A stretch of DNA of 64,000 bases from Myxococcales bacterium (GCA_043747615.1 JAYTOU010000093.1:1-64000), one strand, 5' to 3'; positions 9,131 through 19,287 are shown, counted from the stretch's first letter. Numbers and translations: made by a program. Notes: generated from the sequence alone by a model not told the origin.

Positions 9131-9931
9131 ATGGCGAGCATTTTCCGTGCGGGGCTCTTCGAAAAGCACGTGGCCGTCGTCAGCGGCGGCGGCAGCGGAA
9201 TCGGCCTGGCCGTTGCCCGCACGCTCGGAGAGCTCGGAGCAAAGGTCGCCATCTGCGGACGGAAGCAGGAGCGGCTCGACGACGCCAGAGCCGACCTCGA
9301 AGCGCGCGGCATCACGGTGTACGCCGCCACCTGCGACATCCGAGAGGTCGAGCAGATCGGCGGCTTCCTCGACAAGGTCGGTGAGACCCTCGGCACAGTC
9401 ACCGTCCTCATCAACAACGCCGGTGGGCAGTTCCCAACGACGGCCGAGCAAGTGACCCCCCGCGGTTGGGAAGCAGTCATCCGCAACAACTTGAACGGCA
9501 CTTTTTTCATGACCCAGGCCGTGGCCAACAAGTTCATGATCCCCCATAAAAAAGGGCGGATCGTGAACATCATCGCCAACGTCGCGCGAGGCTTCCCAGG
9601 CATGATCCACACCGGCGCTGCGCGAGCCGGCGTAGAAAATTTCACGAAGACACTCGCCATCGAGTGGGCGCAGCACAACATCCAGACCAACGCGATCGCG
9701 CCTGGGACGATCAAGACCTCCGGCACCGATCAGTACCCGCCGCACCTCCTCGAGATGAGCCGCCAGCGAACGCCCATGAAGCGTCTGGGAACTCCCGAAG
9801 AGGTAGCGGAGCTCGTCGTGTACATCGCCTCGGACGCCGCGTCCTACGTGACGGGGGAGACTTGGTACATCGACGGCGGAGCGCATTTGTGGGGAGATAG
9901 CTGGCCGATCCCCGAGCCAGAGGATCGCTGA
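9131..9931 (+). CDS. SDR oxidoreductase (trans-2-enoyl-CoA / 2,4-dienoyl-CoA reductase-like)
   Basis: SGGGSGIG, NNAGGQF, HTGAARAG; start chosen at ATG 9131. Confidence 0.88.
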   Translation: MASIFRAGLFEKHVAVVSGGGSGIGLAVARTLGELGAKVAICGRKQERLDDARADLEARGITVYAATCDIREVEQIGGFLDKVGETLGTVTVLINNAGGQFPTTAEQVTPRGWEAVIRNNLNGTFFMTQAVANKFMIPHKKGRIVNIIANVARGFPGMIHTGAARAGVENFTKTLAIEWAQHNIQTNAIAPGTIKTSGTDQYPPHLLEMSRQRTPMKRLGTPEEVAELVVYIASDAASYVTGETWYIDGGAHLWGDSWPIPEPEDR

Positions 9932-9940
9932 CGGCGGGTC

Positions 9941-11890
9941 GTGAGCGAAGTGAACGGACAATCCGCCGATGAGGCGACGGTGAGCGAGGGCAGGGCCTTC
10001 GCCGCGTCCTTTCGTTACCACGTCCGCGATTATTTTCTCGGTGACGATCCGACCTTCGGTCAGACCTCGCTTCCGATGTGTCTCTTGTCGATGCTCCTCT
10101 TTACGCGGCATCCGCTGAAAACGAACTTCATCTTCGACGAACAAGAGGCGCTGCTCGCCAACCCGTACGTGCGCAGCGTCGCCGACCCGCTCTCGAAGCT
10201 CCGCTGGGTAGACGCGTTTCATAGGGATTTTTGGGGACTTTTGCCGGATCGGAGCATCGGGTCGTACCGCCCGATACCGGACATCGTGTGGCGCGCGCTG
10301 TGGGCGATCGGTGCCCGCGATCAGACGCCGTTTCTCCACCACTGGGTCAACGTCGTCCTGCACGGCGTGAACGCGGCGCTCATCATTCTCATCGTTCACA
10401 AGCTCTCGCGCGATCGAGCCCTCGCCTGGCGCGCAGGTGTCCTCTTCGTCACCACTGCCGTGCTGACCGAAGCAGTGAGCGGCGTCGTGGGGATCGCCGA
10501 CGTCCTCGGGGCTCTCGGCGCGCTCCTCGCGCTCGCTTCGCTGAATCTTTCCGCGTGGAAGATGCCCTTCGCCGTCTTCACGGCCACGCTATTTGGCCTA
10601 TTTTGCAAGGAGAGTGCGCTGTGCGTAGTGCCGCTCGTCCCGTTCGCAGCGGTGATGACGTCGCAGCTCACGCACCCCCATCGTCCCCGCCGGTGGGGGC
10701 GCGCGCTGCTCGCCGCCGTGGCCACGGTGGGTGCGTTCGTTCTCTACGTGGAGTCGCGGCGAAGAATGTTTCCGACGGTGACGCCCGCCGAGCTCACCGT
10801 GGCGGCGAACGCAGACAAGACCCCCCTCGCGCGAACGTTTGCGAGCCTTCTTCGCTGGTACGCGCAGCCTGCTCTTCCCCGCGATCCGCTGAACAACCCC
10901 CTCGTCGAAGCGACTCCTCGCTTCCGGGTGGCGGGCGCGTTTCGGGTGTACGCGCGCGGTCTCACGCAGATTCTCTTTCCGTGGCATCTGTCGGGCGACT
11001 ACTCCGCGCCCCAGGAGCCAATCCCGGATCGCCTCGTGTTTCCGGAGAGCGTTATAGGCGCGCTCGCCATCGTGATCCCCCTCCTCCTCGCGCCGTTCCT
11101 GGGCATCGCTGCGTGGTGGAGACGGAGACGCGATCCCGAGTCCGTCGATCTGCGGCCGCTCGCGGCGCTGGCAATGGTGTGGATCGTCGTCTCCTATTTT
11201 CCCGTGTCGAACGTGCCTGTGCTCCTGCCGACCGTGCGCGCAGAGCGCTTCTGGTATTTTCCGGCGATCGGAACGTGCATTCTTCTGGCGATGGCGTTCA
11301 CCTGGATTTTTCGGAAGCTCCGCGATCGCGAGCATCTCCTCGTCGCGGCGTATGTCGTTTTCACGGCTTTCATCACGGTGCAGGCCGTGGCCTCGCGCGC
11401 GCACGCCAATGACTACAAAGACGATCTGACGTTCTGGGATGCAACGCGCCACGCCGTCCCACGCAGCGCGAAGGCCCACCTCAATTATTCGGTCATGCAG
11501 GGTGCGCGCGGCAATCTGCAGGAGCGTCTCGTTGCCAACCAAACGGCGCTCGACCTCGCGCCGAAGTGGCCAATGGCGAGCGTCTACCTGGGCGACACTT
11601 TGTGCCGCATGCACCGCCCCAACGAAGCTTGGTCCTATTACGCGCGAGGCTTTGCCCTCACACCGAATGATCAAAATCTAATCGCTCTCGGCGTGCAGTG
11701 CTTGTGGGACGAGCACGCGCTCACGGCGGGCTCACCAAACCGAGACAATCTCGAGGCGATCGGCGAGCGTTACCCTGGCACGTGGCTCGCGTTTTTGGCG
11801 CGGGACATCACCGACAACGGCGAAGCCCACAACGGCGTCGATCCAAAGTACCGTCCGCGCGGCTACAACGAAGGGCCGAAGTCCGAATGA
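9941..11890 (+). CDS. TMTC-like GT-C glycosyltransferase with C-terminal TPRs
   Basis: FIFDE, FWG..SYRP, HWVNVVLH, TEAVSGVVGIADVL, KES, LSGDYS, AERFWY and PRSAKAHLN follow the TMTC motif order. Many TM helices. Confidence 0.8.
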   Translation: MSEVNGQSADEATVSEGRAFAASFRYHVRDYFLGDDPTFGQTSLPMCLLSMLLFTRHPLKTNFIFDEQEALLANPYVRSVADPLSKLRWVDAFHRDFWGLLPDRSIGSYRPIPDIVWRALWAIGARDQTPFLHHWVNVVLHGVNAALIILIVHKLSRDRALAWRAGVLFVTTAVLTEAVSGVVGIADVLGALGALLALASLNLSAWKMPFAVFTATLFGLFCKESALCVVPLVPFAAVMTSQLTHPHRPRRWGRALLAAVATVGAFVLYVESRRRMFPTVTPAELTVAANADKTPLARTFASLLRWYAQPALPRDPLNNPLVEATPRFRVAGAFRVYARGLTQILFPWHLSGDYSAPQEPIPDRLVFPESVIGALAIVIPLLLAPFLGIAAWWRRRRDPESVDLRPLAALAMVWIVVSYFPVSNVPVLLPTVRAERFWYFPAIGTCILLAMAFTWIFRKLRDREHLLVAAYVVFTAFITVQAVASRAHANDYKDDLTFWDATRHAVPRSAKAHLNYSVMQGARGNLQERLVANQTALDLAPKWPMASVYLGDTLCRMHRPNEAWSYYARGFALTPNDQNLIALGVQCLWDEHALTAGSPNRDNLEAIGERYPGTWLAFLARDITDNGEAHNGVDPKYRPRGYNEGPKSE

Positions 11891-11912
11891 ACCGAGCCAC
11901 CAGGAGAATCAA

Positions 11913-12362
11913 ATGATCGACGGAGTCGTCGTCTCACCGCGAAAGATCATCCCCGACGAGCGCGGGAAGGTGATGCACATGCTGAAGGCAACCGACCCGG
12001 AGTTCGAAAGCTTCGGCGAGATCTACTTCTCGTTCGTCTACCCGGGGGTCATCAAAGGCTGGCATTTGCACCGCGAGATGATCATCAACTACGCCGTCCC
12101 CGTCGGCATGATCAAGCTCGTCCTCTTCGACGATCGCGCCGGCTCCAAGACCCACGGTGAGCTGCAGGAGATCTACCTCGGCGAAGGAAATCACTGCATG
12201 GTGAAGGTCCCCGTCAACGTCTGGAACGGCTTCAAGGGTGTTGGAACCGTCCCCGCCGTCGTGGCGAACTGCGCGAGCATTCCCCATGATCCAAAGGAGA
12301 TCGAGCGGATGGATCCCTTCACGAAGAAGATCCCCTACGACTGGTCGCTCATTCACAAATGA
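11913..12362 (+). CDS. NDP-4-keto-6-deoxyhexose 3,5-(or 5-)epimerase, RmlC/RfbC-like cupin
   Basis: DERG, IKGWHLH, VWNGFK. Confidence 0.88.
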   Translation: MIDGVVVSPRKIIPDERGKVMHMLKATDPEFESFGEIYFSFVYPGVIKGWHLHREMIINYAVPVGMIKLVLFDDRAGSKTHGELQEIYLGEGNHCMVKVPVNVWNGFKGVGTVPAVVANCASIPHDPKEIERMDPFTKKIPYDWSLIHK

Positions 12363-13213
12363 CGATGCTCGTGATTGGCGCTTCAGGGCTCGTCGGCGCT
12401 GAGCTCGTTCGGCGGGCGAGGGCCCAGGACCGGAAATGCATCGGTGCCGCGCGAACGATCACGGGCGAGGCGACGCGCGCCGTAGACCTCCTCGATCGGG
12501 CAAGCCTCGACGCGCTCCTCGCCAAGATCTCTCCGAACGTGGTGGCGGTTTGTTCCGCGTGGCCGTACGTCGACGGCTGCGAGTCCGACCCGGTGCGCAG
12601 CCTCCGCGAGAACGTCACCACGGTGGAAAATCTGCTTCAGGCGCTGGAGGGAACGACGACGAAAGTAGTCTTTTTCTCGACTGATCACGTCTTCGACGGA
12701 ACGCTGCCGCGCAACATCGAGACCGACGCCGTCAACCCCACGAGCGTCTACGCCAAGCACAAACGCCAGGTGGAGGAGATGCTCCACGCGCGCGGCCACT
12801 GCCTCATCGTTCGCACCGCGTGGGTGTTCGGTCAGGAGCTGCGCAAGAAGAATTTCGTCTACAGGGTGGTGGCTGCAGCAAAAAACGGAGACACGATGAA
12901 GCTCCCCGTAGGGCAAGCAGGCTCCCCGACCTGGACGGGCTGGCTCGCCGAATCGACGCTCACCTTGCTCGACCGCGGCCTCGACGGGGTCGTGCATCTC
13001 GCGGGAAATGAGCCTCTGGCAAAGGCCGAGTGGGCGATGCTCATCGCGCACGCGCTCGACCTGCCGGCGCTGGAGGTGGTCGAGGTGCCCTGGGAAGCGG
13101 CCGGGCAAGTTGCTCCGAGACCGGCGCGCGTGGTCCTTGCGAGTGAGCGTCACGAGCTCGTTCACCCCGAGCTTCGGGCGATCCTCCATGCGGAAGCTCC
13201 GCATTTCGTCTAG
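12359..13213 (+). CDS. NDP-4-keto-deoxyhexose reductase, RmlD-like
   Basis: GASGLVG, STDHVFDG, YAKHK, RTAWVFG; ATGA coupling with the upstream gene. Confidence 0.88.
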   Translation: MTMLVIGASGLVGAELVRRARAQDRKCIGAARTITGEATRAVDLLDRASLDALLAKISPNVVAVCSAWPYVDGCESDPVRSLRENVTTVENLLQALEGTTTKVVFFSTDHVFDGTLPRNIETDAVNPTSVYAKHKRQVEEMLHARGHCLIVRTAWVFGQELRKKNFVYRVVAAAKNGDTMKLPVGQAGSPTWTGWLAESTLTLLDRGLDGVVHLAGNEPLAKAEWAMLIAHALDLPALEVVEVPWEAAGQVAPRPARVVLASERHELVHPELRAILHAEAPHFV

Positions 13214-13224
13214 ACACGAAGGCC

Positions 13225-14463
13225 ATGGCTACCCGCATTTCTGCCTGCCGCATCTGCCGGACCACCGAGCTGCACCATGTTTTATCCCTCGGCGACATGC
13301 CGCCGGTGAATAGCTTCCTCGCCGGCCCGGCCGACATCGCCAAAGAGAAGAAGCACCCGCTCGCCCTCGTGTTCTGTCCGAAGTGCACGCACGTGCAGCT
13401 TACGCACATGATCGACCCGCGCGACATTTTCGAGGACTACATTTATTTTTCCTCGATGAGCGAGACGATCGTGCGCCACGGCGAGGCCCTCGCCAAACGC
13501 TACGGCAAGGAGCTCACCCTCACCAACGTCGATCTCGTCGGCGAGCTCGCGAGCAACGATGGGTGCATCCTCAAGCCGTTCAAAACGCAGTGCCGCGTGT
13601 ACGGCGTCGAGCCGGCAAAGAACATCGCCGAGGTCGCCAACAAAGACGGCGTGCCCACCCTGGCCGAGTTCTTCAACTCCGAGACGGCGAAAAAAGTCCG
13701 CAAGGAGCAAGGCCCGGCGAAGCTCATCATCGCTCGCAACGTCGTTGCCCACGTGCCCGAGGTGGTCGACTTCATTGCCGGCGTCGCGCACTGGCTCGAC
13801 ACCGAAGGCGTCTTCCACATGGAGGTGCCGTACCTCGTGGAGATGGTCGACCATCTGGAGTTCGACACGATTTACCACGAGCATTTGAGCTACTTTTCGG
13901 TCATCGCCATCGATCGCCTGTTCAAGGAAGCGGGGCTCGTTCTGTGGGACGTCGAGGCCATCGCTCTTCACGGCGGCTCGCTGATCGCGCGCGGAATGCT
14001 GCCTGGTCATACGCCCACCACGAACGTGCAAAAATTTTTGGAGGCCGAGCGCGTGCGCGGATTCAGTGGAATGACACCGCTGAAAAAGTTCGCCGAAGGA
14101 ACGCGTCGTCTAAAAGATCAGATCCCGAGCTTCCTTCACGATCTGAAGAAAGGCGGGAAATCTCTGGCTGGATACGGCGCCGCGGCGAAGGGCGTCGTTC
14201 TCACCAACTACTGCGGAGTGGGTCCGGATCTCCTATCGTTCGTGGCCGATCGCAGCCCGTACAAGCAAACGAAGTTGATGCCGGGCACGCATCTCCCGGT
14301 TGTCTCGCCTGATCGCGTATTCAAGGACCAACCTGATTACCTGCTGGTCCTCGCGTGGAACTTCTTCGACGAGATCGCCAATCAGCTCGCGCCGTACCAC
14401 GACAAGGGTGGCACGTTCGTCATCCCCGTCCCCGCCCCCGTCATCCGAGAGCCCGCACGATGA
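13225..14463 (+). CDS. NDP-hexose C3-methyltransferase (Zn-binding class I SAM)
   Basis: CRIC...CPKC Zn motif, SNDG, FDTIYHEHLSYF, YGAAAKG, LAWNF. Confidence 0.9.
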   Translation: MATRISACRICRTTELHHVLSLGDMPPVNSFLAGPADIAKEKKHPLALVFCPKCTHVQLTHMIDPRDIFEDYIYFSSMSETIVRHGEALAKRYGKELTLTNVDLVGELASNDGCILKPFKTQCRVYGVEPAKNIAEVANKDGVPTLAEFFNSETAKKVRKEQGPAKLIIARNVVAHVPEVVDFIAGVAHWLDTEGVFHMEVPYLVEMVDHLEFDTIYHEHLSYFSVIAIDRLFKEAGLVLWDVEAIALHGGSLIARGMLPGHTPTTNVQKFLEAERVRGFSGMTPLKKFAEGTRRLKDQIPSFLHDLKKGGKSLAGYGAAAKGVVLTNYCGVGPDLLSFVADRSPYKQTKLMPGTHLPVVSPDRVFKDQPDYLLVLAWNFFDEIANQLAPYHDKGGTFVIPVPAPVIREPAR

Positions 14464-15251
14464 GTCAGAAATCAAACCGCGTCGAAGTGCGGAAGTCCGC
14501 TGAAGAAAAAGCAACGCCGATGAAGGTCGTAGTGGCGATGCCCGCTTACAACGTGGAGCGGACGCTGGAGCAGACCGTCAATGCGCTCCCCACGGCTCTG
14601 CGCAAGCACATTCTACTCGGGAACAACGTCAGCCAAGACGGCACCGAGGCGCTCGCAAAAAAGCTTGGCCTCGAAGTGATGACCCACGACCAGAACTACG
14701 GCTACGGCGGGAACTTGAAGCGCCTTTACCGCGAAGCCCTTCGCCAAGGCGCCGACGTCGTGCTTGAGGTCCACCCCGACTACCAATACGAGCCCTCGGT
14801 CGGCGACATGCTCGTCGAGTACGTAGTGCGCGGCCACTTCGACGTCATTCAGGCCAACCGCATTCGCAGCCGCGAGGAGTCCATCGCCGGTGGAATGCCC
14901 CACTACCGCTATTTCGGAAATCGCGTTCTCACCATGTTCGAAAACGTCTGGTTCGGTTGCAACTTCGGCGAGTGGCACAGCGGAATGCGCGCGTACCACC
15001 GCTCGGTGCTCGAGACGCTTCCGCTCGAGTCGTACGCAGACACCCACGCGTTCGCGAGCGACATCCTGATGGACTGCGTGATGTACGGCTTCCGTATCGC
15101 GGAGGTTCCCGTGCCCGTGCGCTACGAGAACCAGAGCTCGTCGGTGAACGTGCCCGGGCTATTTGCCTATACCGCGCGCACGGTCGGCGCTGCTCTCAAG
15201 CGTCCGCCGTGGAAGAAGAAGCCTTATGGCTCGGCGCGCCATAATCGGTAA
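14460..15251 (+). CDS. GT2 glycosyltransferase, DPM1/polyprenol-phosphate transferase-like
   Basis: MPAYN, NYGYGG, HPDYQY, EWHSGMRAY, EVPVPVRY; ATGA overlap at 14460-14463. Confidence 0.87.
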   Translation: MSQKSNRVEVRKSAEEKATPMKVVVAMPAYNVERTLEQTVNALPTALRKHILLGNNVSQDGTEALAKKLGLEVMTHDQNYGYGGNLKRLYREALRQGADVVLEVHPDYQYEPSVGDMLVEYVVRGHFDVIQANRIRSREESIAGGMPHYRYFGNRVLTMFENVWFGCNFGEWHSGMRAYHRSVLETLPLESYADTHAFASDILMDCVMYGFRIAEVPVPVRYENQSSSVNVPGLFAYTARTVGAALKRPPWKKKPYGSARHNR

Positions 15252-16320
15252 TCTGCGAAAGAGACAAGGCGATCATCGATTCGGTGGTCGCCCCCGCGCG
15301 ATGGGCTTTGTACCAGTCCACGGTGTGAGCGAGGGTCGTCGCGAAGTCCCAGCGCGGTCTCCACCCGAGATGGACGTGCGCCTTCTCGATGCTCAAGCGA
15401 AGTAAGTTTGCCTCGTGAGGCGCGGCTTTATCGCGTCCGTCTTCCCAGCTCCCCTCGCCGAAGCCTTCGATGAGGCCGGATACGAGATCCTTCACCGGCC
15501 GGGCGGCGTCGAGATTAGGGCCAAAATTCCAGCCTTCGCACGCCTGCGCGCTCACGCTCGAGTCGGCGCTCTGGAGGCGTGACCCGAGGAGCAAATAGCC
15601 GCTGAGCGGCTCGAGCACGTGCTGCCATGGGCGAACGGACATTGGATTTCGGACCACGACCGGAATCCGCTTTGCGATGGCGCGGACGATGTCCGGAATG
15701 ATGCGATCTTTTGCCCAGTCTCCGCCGCCGATCACGTTTCCGGCACGCGCCGACGCCAAACGAACGCCGCCGCTCTCTGCCTGCAGGGAACCGAAGAAGC
15801 TTCTGCGGTAGCTCGAAACGAGGAGCTCGGTCGCTCCCTTGCTCATCGAATAGATGTCGTGACCGCCCATGGCGTCGTCTTCACGATATCCATGTAGCGA
15901 TTCCCTATTTTCGTAACACTTGTCGCTGGTGACAATCACCACGGCGCACGAGAGCTTCTCGACGCGAATGGCTTCCAGCAAGTGTGCCGTTCCCATCACG
16001 TTCGTCTGGATCGTCTCGAGAGGGTGCTCGTAGCTCTCGCGCACGAGGGGCTGGGCCGCGAGATGAAAGATCACGTGGGGGCGCGCTTCGCGAATTGCTG
16101 TCCGGAGTTTGTCGAAATCGCGCACGTCGGCCGTGAGATCGCGGCAGCGTGACGAGAGACCAAGGACCGAGAAAAGAGCGGGTTCGGTGTTCGGCGCGAG
16201 GGAGTAGCCGGTAACTTCAGCGCCAAGCTCGCTGAGCCAAAGCGTGAGCCAGCTGCCCTTGAAGCCGGTGTGGCCGGTGACGAAGACGCGCTTTTCAGCG
16301 TAGGCGGCCCGAAGATTCAT
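15196..16320 (-). CDS. rfbG: CDP-glucose 4,6-dehydratase
   Basis: TGHTGFKGSWL, LAAQPLVR, TSDKCY, YSMSK, RAGNVIGGGDW, RPWQHVLEPL. Confidence 0.95.
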   Translation of the reverse strand: MNLRAAYAEKRVFVTGHTGFKGSWLTLWLSELGAEVTGYSLAPNTEPALFSVLGLSSRCRDLTADVRDFDKLRTAIREARPHVIFHLAAQPLVRESYEHPLETIQTNVMGTAHLLEAIRVEKLSCAVVIVTSDKCYENRESLHGYREDDAMGGHDIYSMSKGATELLVSSYRRSFFGSLQAESGGVRLASARAGNVIGGGDWAKDRIIPDIVRAIAKRIPVVVRNPMSVRPWQHVLEPLSGYLLLGSRLQSADSSVSAQACEGWNFGPNLDAARPVKDLVSGLIEGFGEGSWEDGRDKAAPHEANLLRLSIEKAHVHLGWRPRWDFATTLAHTVDWYKAHRAGATTESMIALSLSQITDYGAPSHKASSSTADA

Positions 16321-17123
16321 GGGCGACCCGTCTGCGTGGTTTTCCACGTTTGCCACGGCGCTCGCCCGGAGCTCCACAGCGCGTTCAAGAGATTGTATTC
16401 GCGGAGAGTATCCATCGGCTGCCAGAAACCGGTATGGGCAAATGCCCCAAGCTCTCCATCATGCGCGAGCTGCTGCATCGGTTCACGCTCAAGAACGCTC
16501 TTAGGTCCGCCGTCGAGATATTTCCAAATACGCTTTGCGTCGCAGACGAAGAACCCGCCGTTGATGAAGCCTTCGGTGGTCTGCGGTTTCTCGTTGAACT
16601 CGACCACCCCCTCGCCTTGGATCTGCATTTCGCCAAAGCGGCCAGGCGGGCGCACGGCGGTGACCGTGGCTATTTTTCCGTGCTCTTTGTGGAATTTGAT
16701 GAGCTTCGTCACGTCGACGTCGGAGACGCCGTCCCCGTACGTGAGGAGAAACGGCTCGTCGCCTTCGAGATAACGCCGCACCGCCGAAACGCGCCCGCCG
16801 GTCATGGTCTCCTCGCCTGTTTCCGCGAGGGTGACGTTCCACTCTTCCTCGTCGTGCCGACCGTGAAACTCGAGGGCATCGTGGCGGCCGAGGGTGACGG
16901 TGACGTCGGTCGTCATCGAGCGGTAGTTGAGAAAGAACTCTTTGATGAGCCAGCCCTTGTAGCCAAGGCACAGAACGAAGTCGGTAATGCCGTGGGAGGC
17001 GAATCCTTTCATGATGTGCCAGACAATCGGTTTCTCGCCGATGGGAAGCATGGGCTTCGGGAGGACTTCGTTGGCTTCGCGAATTCGCGTTCCCTGCCCG
17101 CCGCACAAGATCACTGCTTTCAT
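16317..17123 (-). CDS. rfbF: Glucose-1-phosphate cytidylyltransferase
   Basis: LCGGQGTR, PKPM, LTYGDG, INGGFF, GFWQPMDTLRE. Confidence 0.95.
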   Translation of the reverse strand: MKAVILCGGQGTRIREANEVLPKPMLPIGEKPIVWHIMKGFASHGITDFVLCLGYKGWLIKEFFLNYRSMTTDVTVTLGRHDALEFHGRHDEEEWNVTLAETGEETMTGGRVSAVRRYLEGDEPFLLTYGDGVSDVDVTKLIKFHKEHGKIATVTAVRPPGRFGEMQIQGEGVVEFNEKPQTTEGFINGGFFVCDAKRIWKYLDGGPKSVLEREPMQQLAHDGELGAFAHTGFWQPMDTLREYNLLNALWSSGRAPWQTWKTTQTGRP

Positions 17124-17143
17124 GGCGCGTAGATTACCAGCTA

Positions 17144-18277
17144 CTAGACTTCGGTGAGTGCTTCGAAAATCGTTTTAGCTGGCAGCTCGGAGAGCGGATA
17201 GCGCTCCTGACGGTAGGAGTCGGGTGAGGCTAGAAAAGAGTCGATGACCCGAGCATCGAAACGGCTGAGCACCGTGCATTTTCGGCCGTGAATGAGCGGG
17301 GTCTCGGTTACCTCGCGCAGGATCAAGCACGGAACTCCCAGGTAAGCGCACTCTTGCTGGTTGCCCGCGCTGTCGCAGATCACGAATTGGGACTTCGCCA
17401 CCCAGTGAGCAAACTTGATGAAGGGCTGACGAGGCAACCAGACGGCGCCGTTCTTTTCGAGCTCCGCCTTAAATTCAACTTCATGCCGAAGCTTTTCGTC
17501 GGCAACGGCGTGAAGCACGATGAAGAGACGATGTGTCTTCGACGCCTTCAGCAAGGTCTCTTTGACCTTTTGCCACCGCACGCGAGACTGCAGGGTTTCG
17601 AAGCGGTGGATATTCACGAGCCCATACTTGACGTCGGGCACGTCGGGACCGTCGAAGCGCTCAAGGACGAGCTTGATCGCATCGACCTGGGTGTTCGCTT
17701 CCGTCTCAACGATGCGGCCTCGTGCTCCTTCTCTTTGCAGGCTCTGCTTGGCTGCTGGTCCCGGAGGAAAGTGGAACCGGGCGAGCTTGCTGACTAGAAT
17801 GCGCGTGACCTCTTCGGGAAATGGGTTTGTCCAATCCCCGGAACGCAATCCTGCCTCGACATGGGCGACGCGAAGGCCGAGCCGGCGGCCGTAGATGGTG
17901 CCCACGAGCGTCGATAAGGTGTCGCCGTGCACGAGCCAGATGTCTTGTGCTGGATCGGGCGTGCGGCCCGTCAGTGCCTTCACTTTCTGTCGGAGATGCG
18001 ACGCCGAGAGCAGGAGCGCGCGCGAGAACCAGGCCGCAGCTTCCTTCGGCGTCCGCAAGTCAGCGTCAGTGGACACGAGCGTGTGAAGGCGATCCGCTGC
18101 GAAGCCGAAATCGTGCCATTGGTCGGCACAGGACACGGGACCTTGCCCAGTCGAGAATGCTGCCCACGGAAAACCGCCTTCCTCGGCGCGCAGGATGATG
18201 GGGTAAAGCTTGATGAGCTCGGCGGGGGTGCCAAAGCAGAAGAAGAGGCACCTCGATGCCGAACCATTTGACTTCAC
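17144..18277 (-). CDS. UDP-N-acetylglucosamine 2-epimerase family protein (divergent)
   Basis: TGQ, VHGDT, HVEAGLRS, PFPEE, HRFE, LGVPCLILR. Confidence 0.85.
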   Translation of the reverse strand: MKSNGSASRCLFFCFGTPAELIKLYPIILRAEEGGFPWAAFSTGQGPVSCADQWHDFGFAADRLHTLVSTDADLRTPKEAAAWFSRALLLSASHLRQKVKALTGRTPDPAQDIWLVHGDTLSTLVGTIYGRRLGLRVAHVEAGLRSGDWTNPFPEEVTRILVSKLARFHFPPGPAAKQSLQREGARGRIVETEANTQVDAIKLVLERFDGPDVPDVKYGLVNIHRFETLQSRVRWQKVKETLLKASKTHRLFIVLHAVADEKLRHEVEFKAELEKNGAVWLPRQPFIKFAHWVAKSQFVICDSAGNQQECAYLGVPCLILREVTETPLIHGRKCTVLSRFDARVIDSFLASPDSYRQERYPLSELPAKTIFEALTEV

Positions 18278-19134
18278 GTCGGCGCTTTCCAGCGGATGTT
18301 CTTCAAAAGAAGATCGAACGAGGGCATTCGGCCCTCCGAGTTGTCGAGAAAGTTCCGATAGAAGAGCGACTGAAACTCGTAGTCCTCGGTCGCCAGCATC
18401 GCCATGAGTGACGTAAGCGTGTAGTTGGGTGTCGCTTCGGCCGTAGCCTCGATCTGCACCTCGATGAGCAGATATCGCGTGAGCTTCAGAGCCTCATGGG
18501 CACCCGCGAGCACGAGCGACTCATGCCCCTCGGTATCGATTTTCAACAGATCGATCTGCTTGATTCCGAGCACCCGAACGACGTTGTCGAGCGTATCCGT
18601 CTTCACGTCGACCCCGCCCGTTTCCGTGATCGAGCTGAAAATCGAGTTTTGCGGATCGAACTTCATTTTGGCGGTGCCGGCCGTGGCGCCAAGGGCGACG
18701 TTGGCGAGGGTGACCCCTTCAACACCGGCAAAGTTGCGCTGCAAACATTCGAACGTCTGGGGTATCGGTTCAAAGCAAAACAGGTGGCTTCGCGGAAAGA
18801 TCTGGCGAATGAACTTGGCGAAGATACCCACGTTGGCGCCGACATCGACCACGACGGCATTTGGAGTTAGCTCGATTTCCCTGAGCCACTCTCCGTAGGT
18901 AACGAGCATTCGCTGATAATCGAATATGCCCCATCGAGTGTTGTAAAAGACGCGCTCACCAAAGACCATTGCGCTGTCTTTGCCGAGCGAGAAATCGCGG
19001 GCGAGGTGCCGCGACAGGAGCCGATACTTGGTGCCGAGGAAATGGACCTTGTTAGTTAGGCTCACCTCCGGAATGCGGAGAAAGCGTCCATCGATTTCGA
19101 CGGTTCTGCGGAGAAACCAGGCTACTTTGCTCAT
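18274..19134 (-). CDS. FkbM-family methyltransferase
   Basis: DVGANVG, FEP, LLKIDTEGHE; start uncertain. Confidence 0.87.
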   Translation of the reverse strand: MSKVAWFLRRTVEIDGRFLRIPEVSLTNKVHFLGTKYRLLSRHLARDFSLGKDSAMVFGERVFYNTRWGIFDYQRMLVTYGEWLREIELTPNAVVVDVGANVGIFAKFIRQIFPRSHLFCFEPIPQTFECLQRNFAGVEGVTLANVALGATAGTAKMKFDPQNSIFSSITETGGVDVKTDTLDNVVRVLGIKQIDLLKIDTEGHESLVLAGAHEALKLTRYLLIEVQIEATAEATPNYTLTSLMAMLATEDYEFQSLFYRNFLDNSEGRMPSFDLLLKNIRWKAPT

Positions 19135-19257
19135 GACGTCGTTCTCGATTTCACACAGGCCGGGCCGAGCCGCTGGAGTAGCGCGGTCACAAATGTCTCG
19201 CAACGCCAAAAATGTCTCGCGAGGCGGAAAAGTGCTGCGGAGCCGCTCACGCAGGCG

Positions 19258-19287
19258 TTGACTCGCTCGACGAGGGTGCCGTATAGA
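19258..19287 (+). promoter_or_regulatory. sigma70-type promoter of tRNA-Lys copy 1
   Basis: TTGACT-N18-TATAGA ending 10 nt upstream of the tRNA. Confidence 0.7.
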
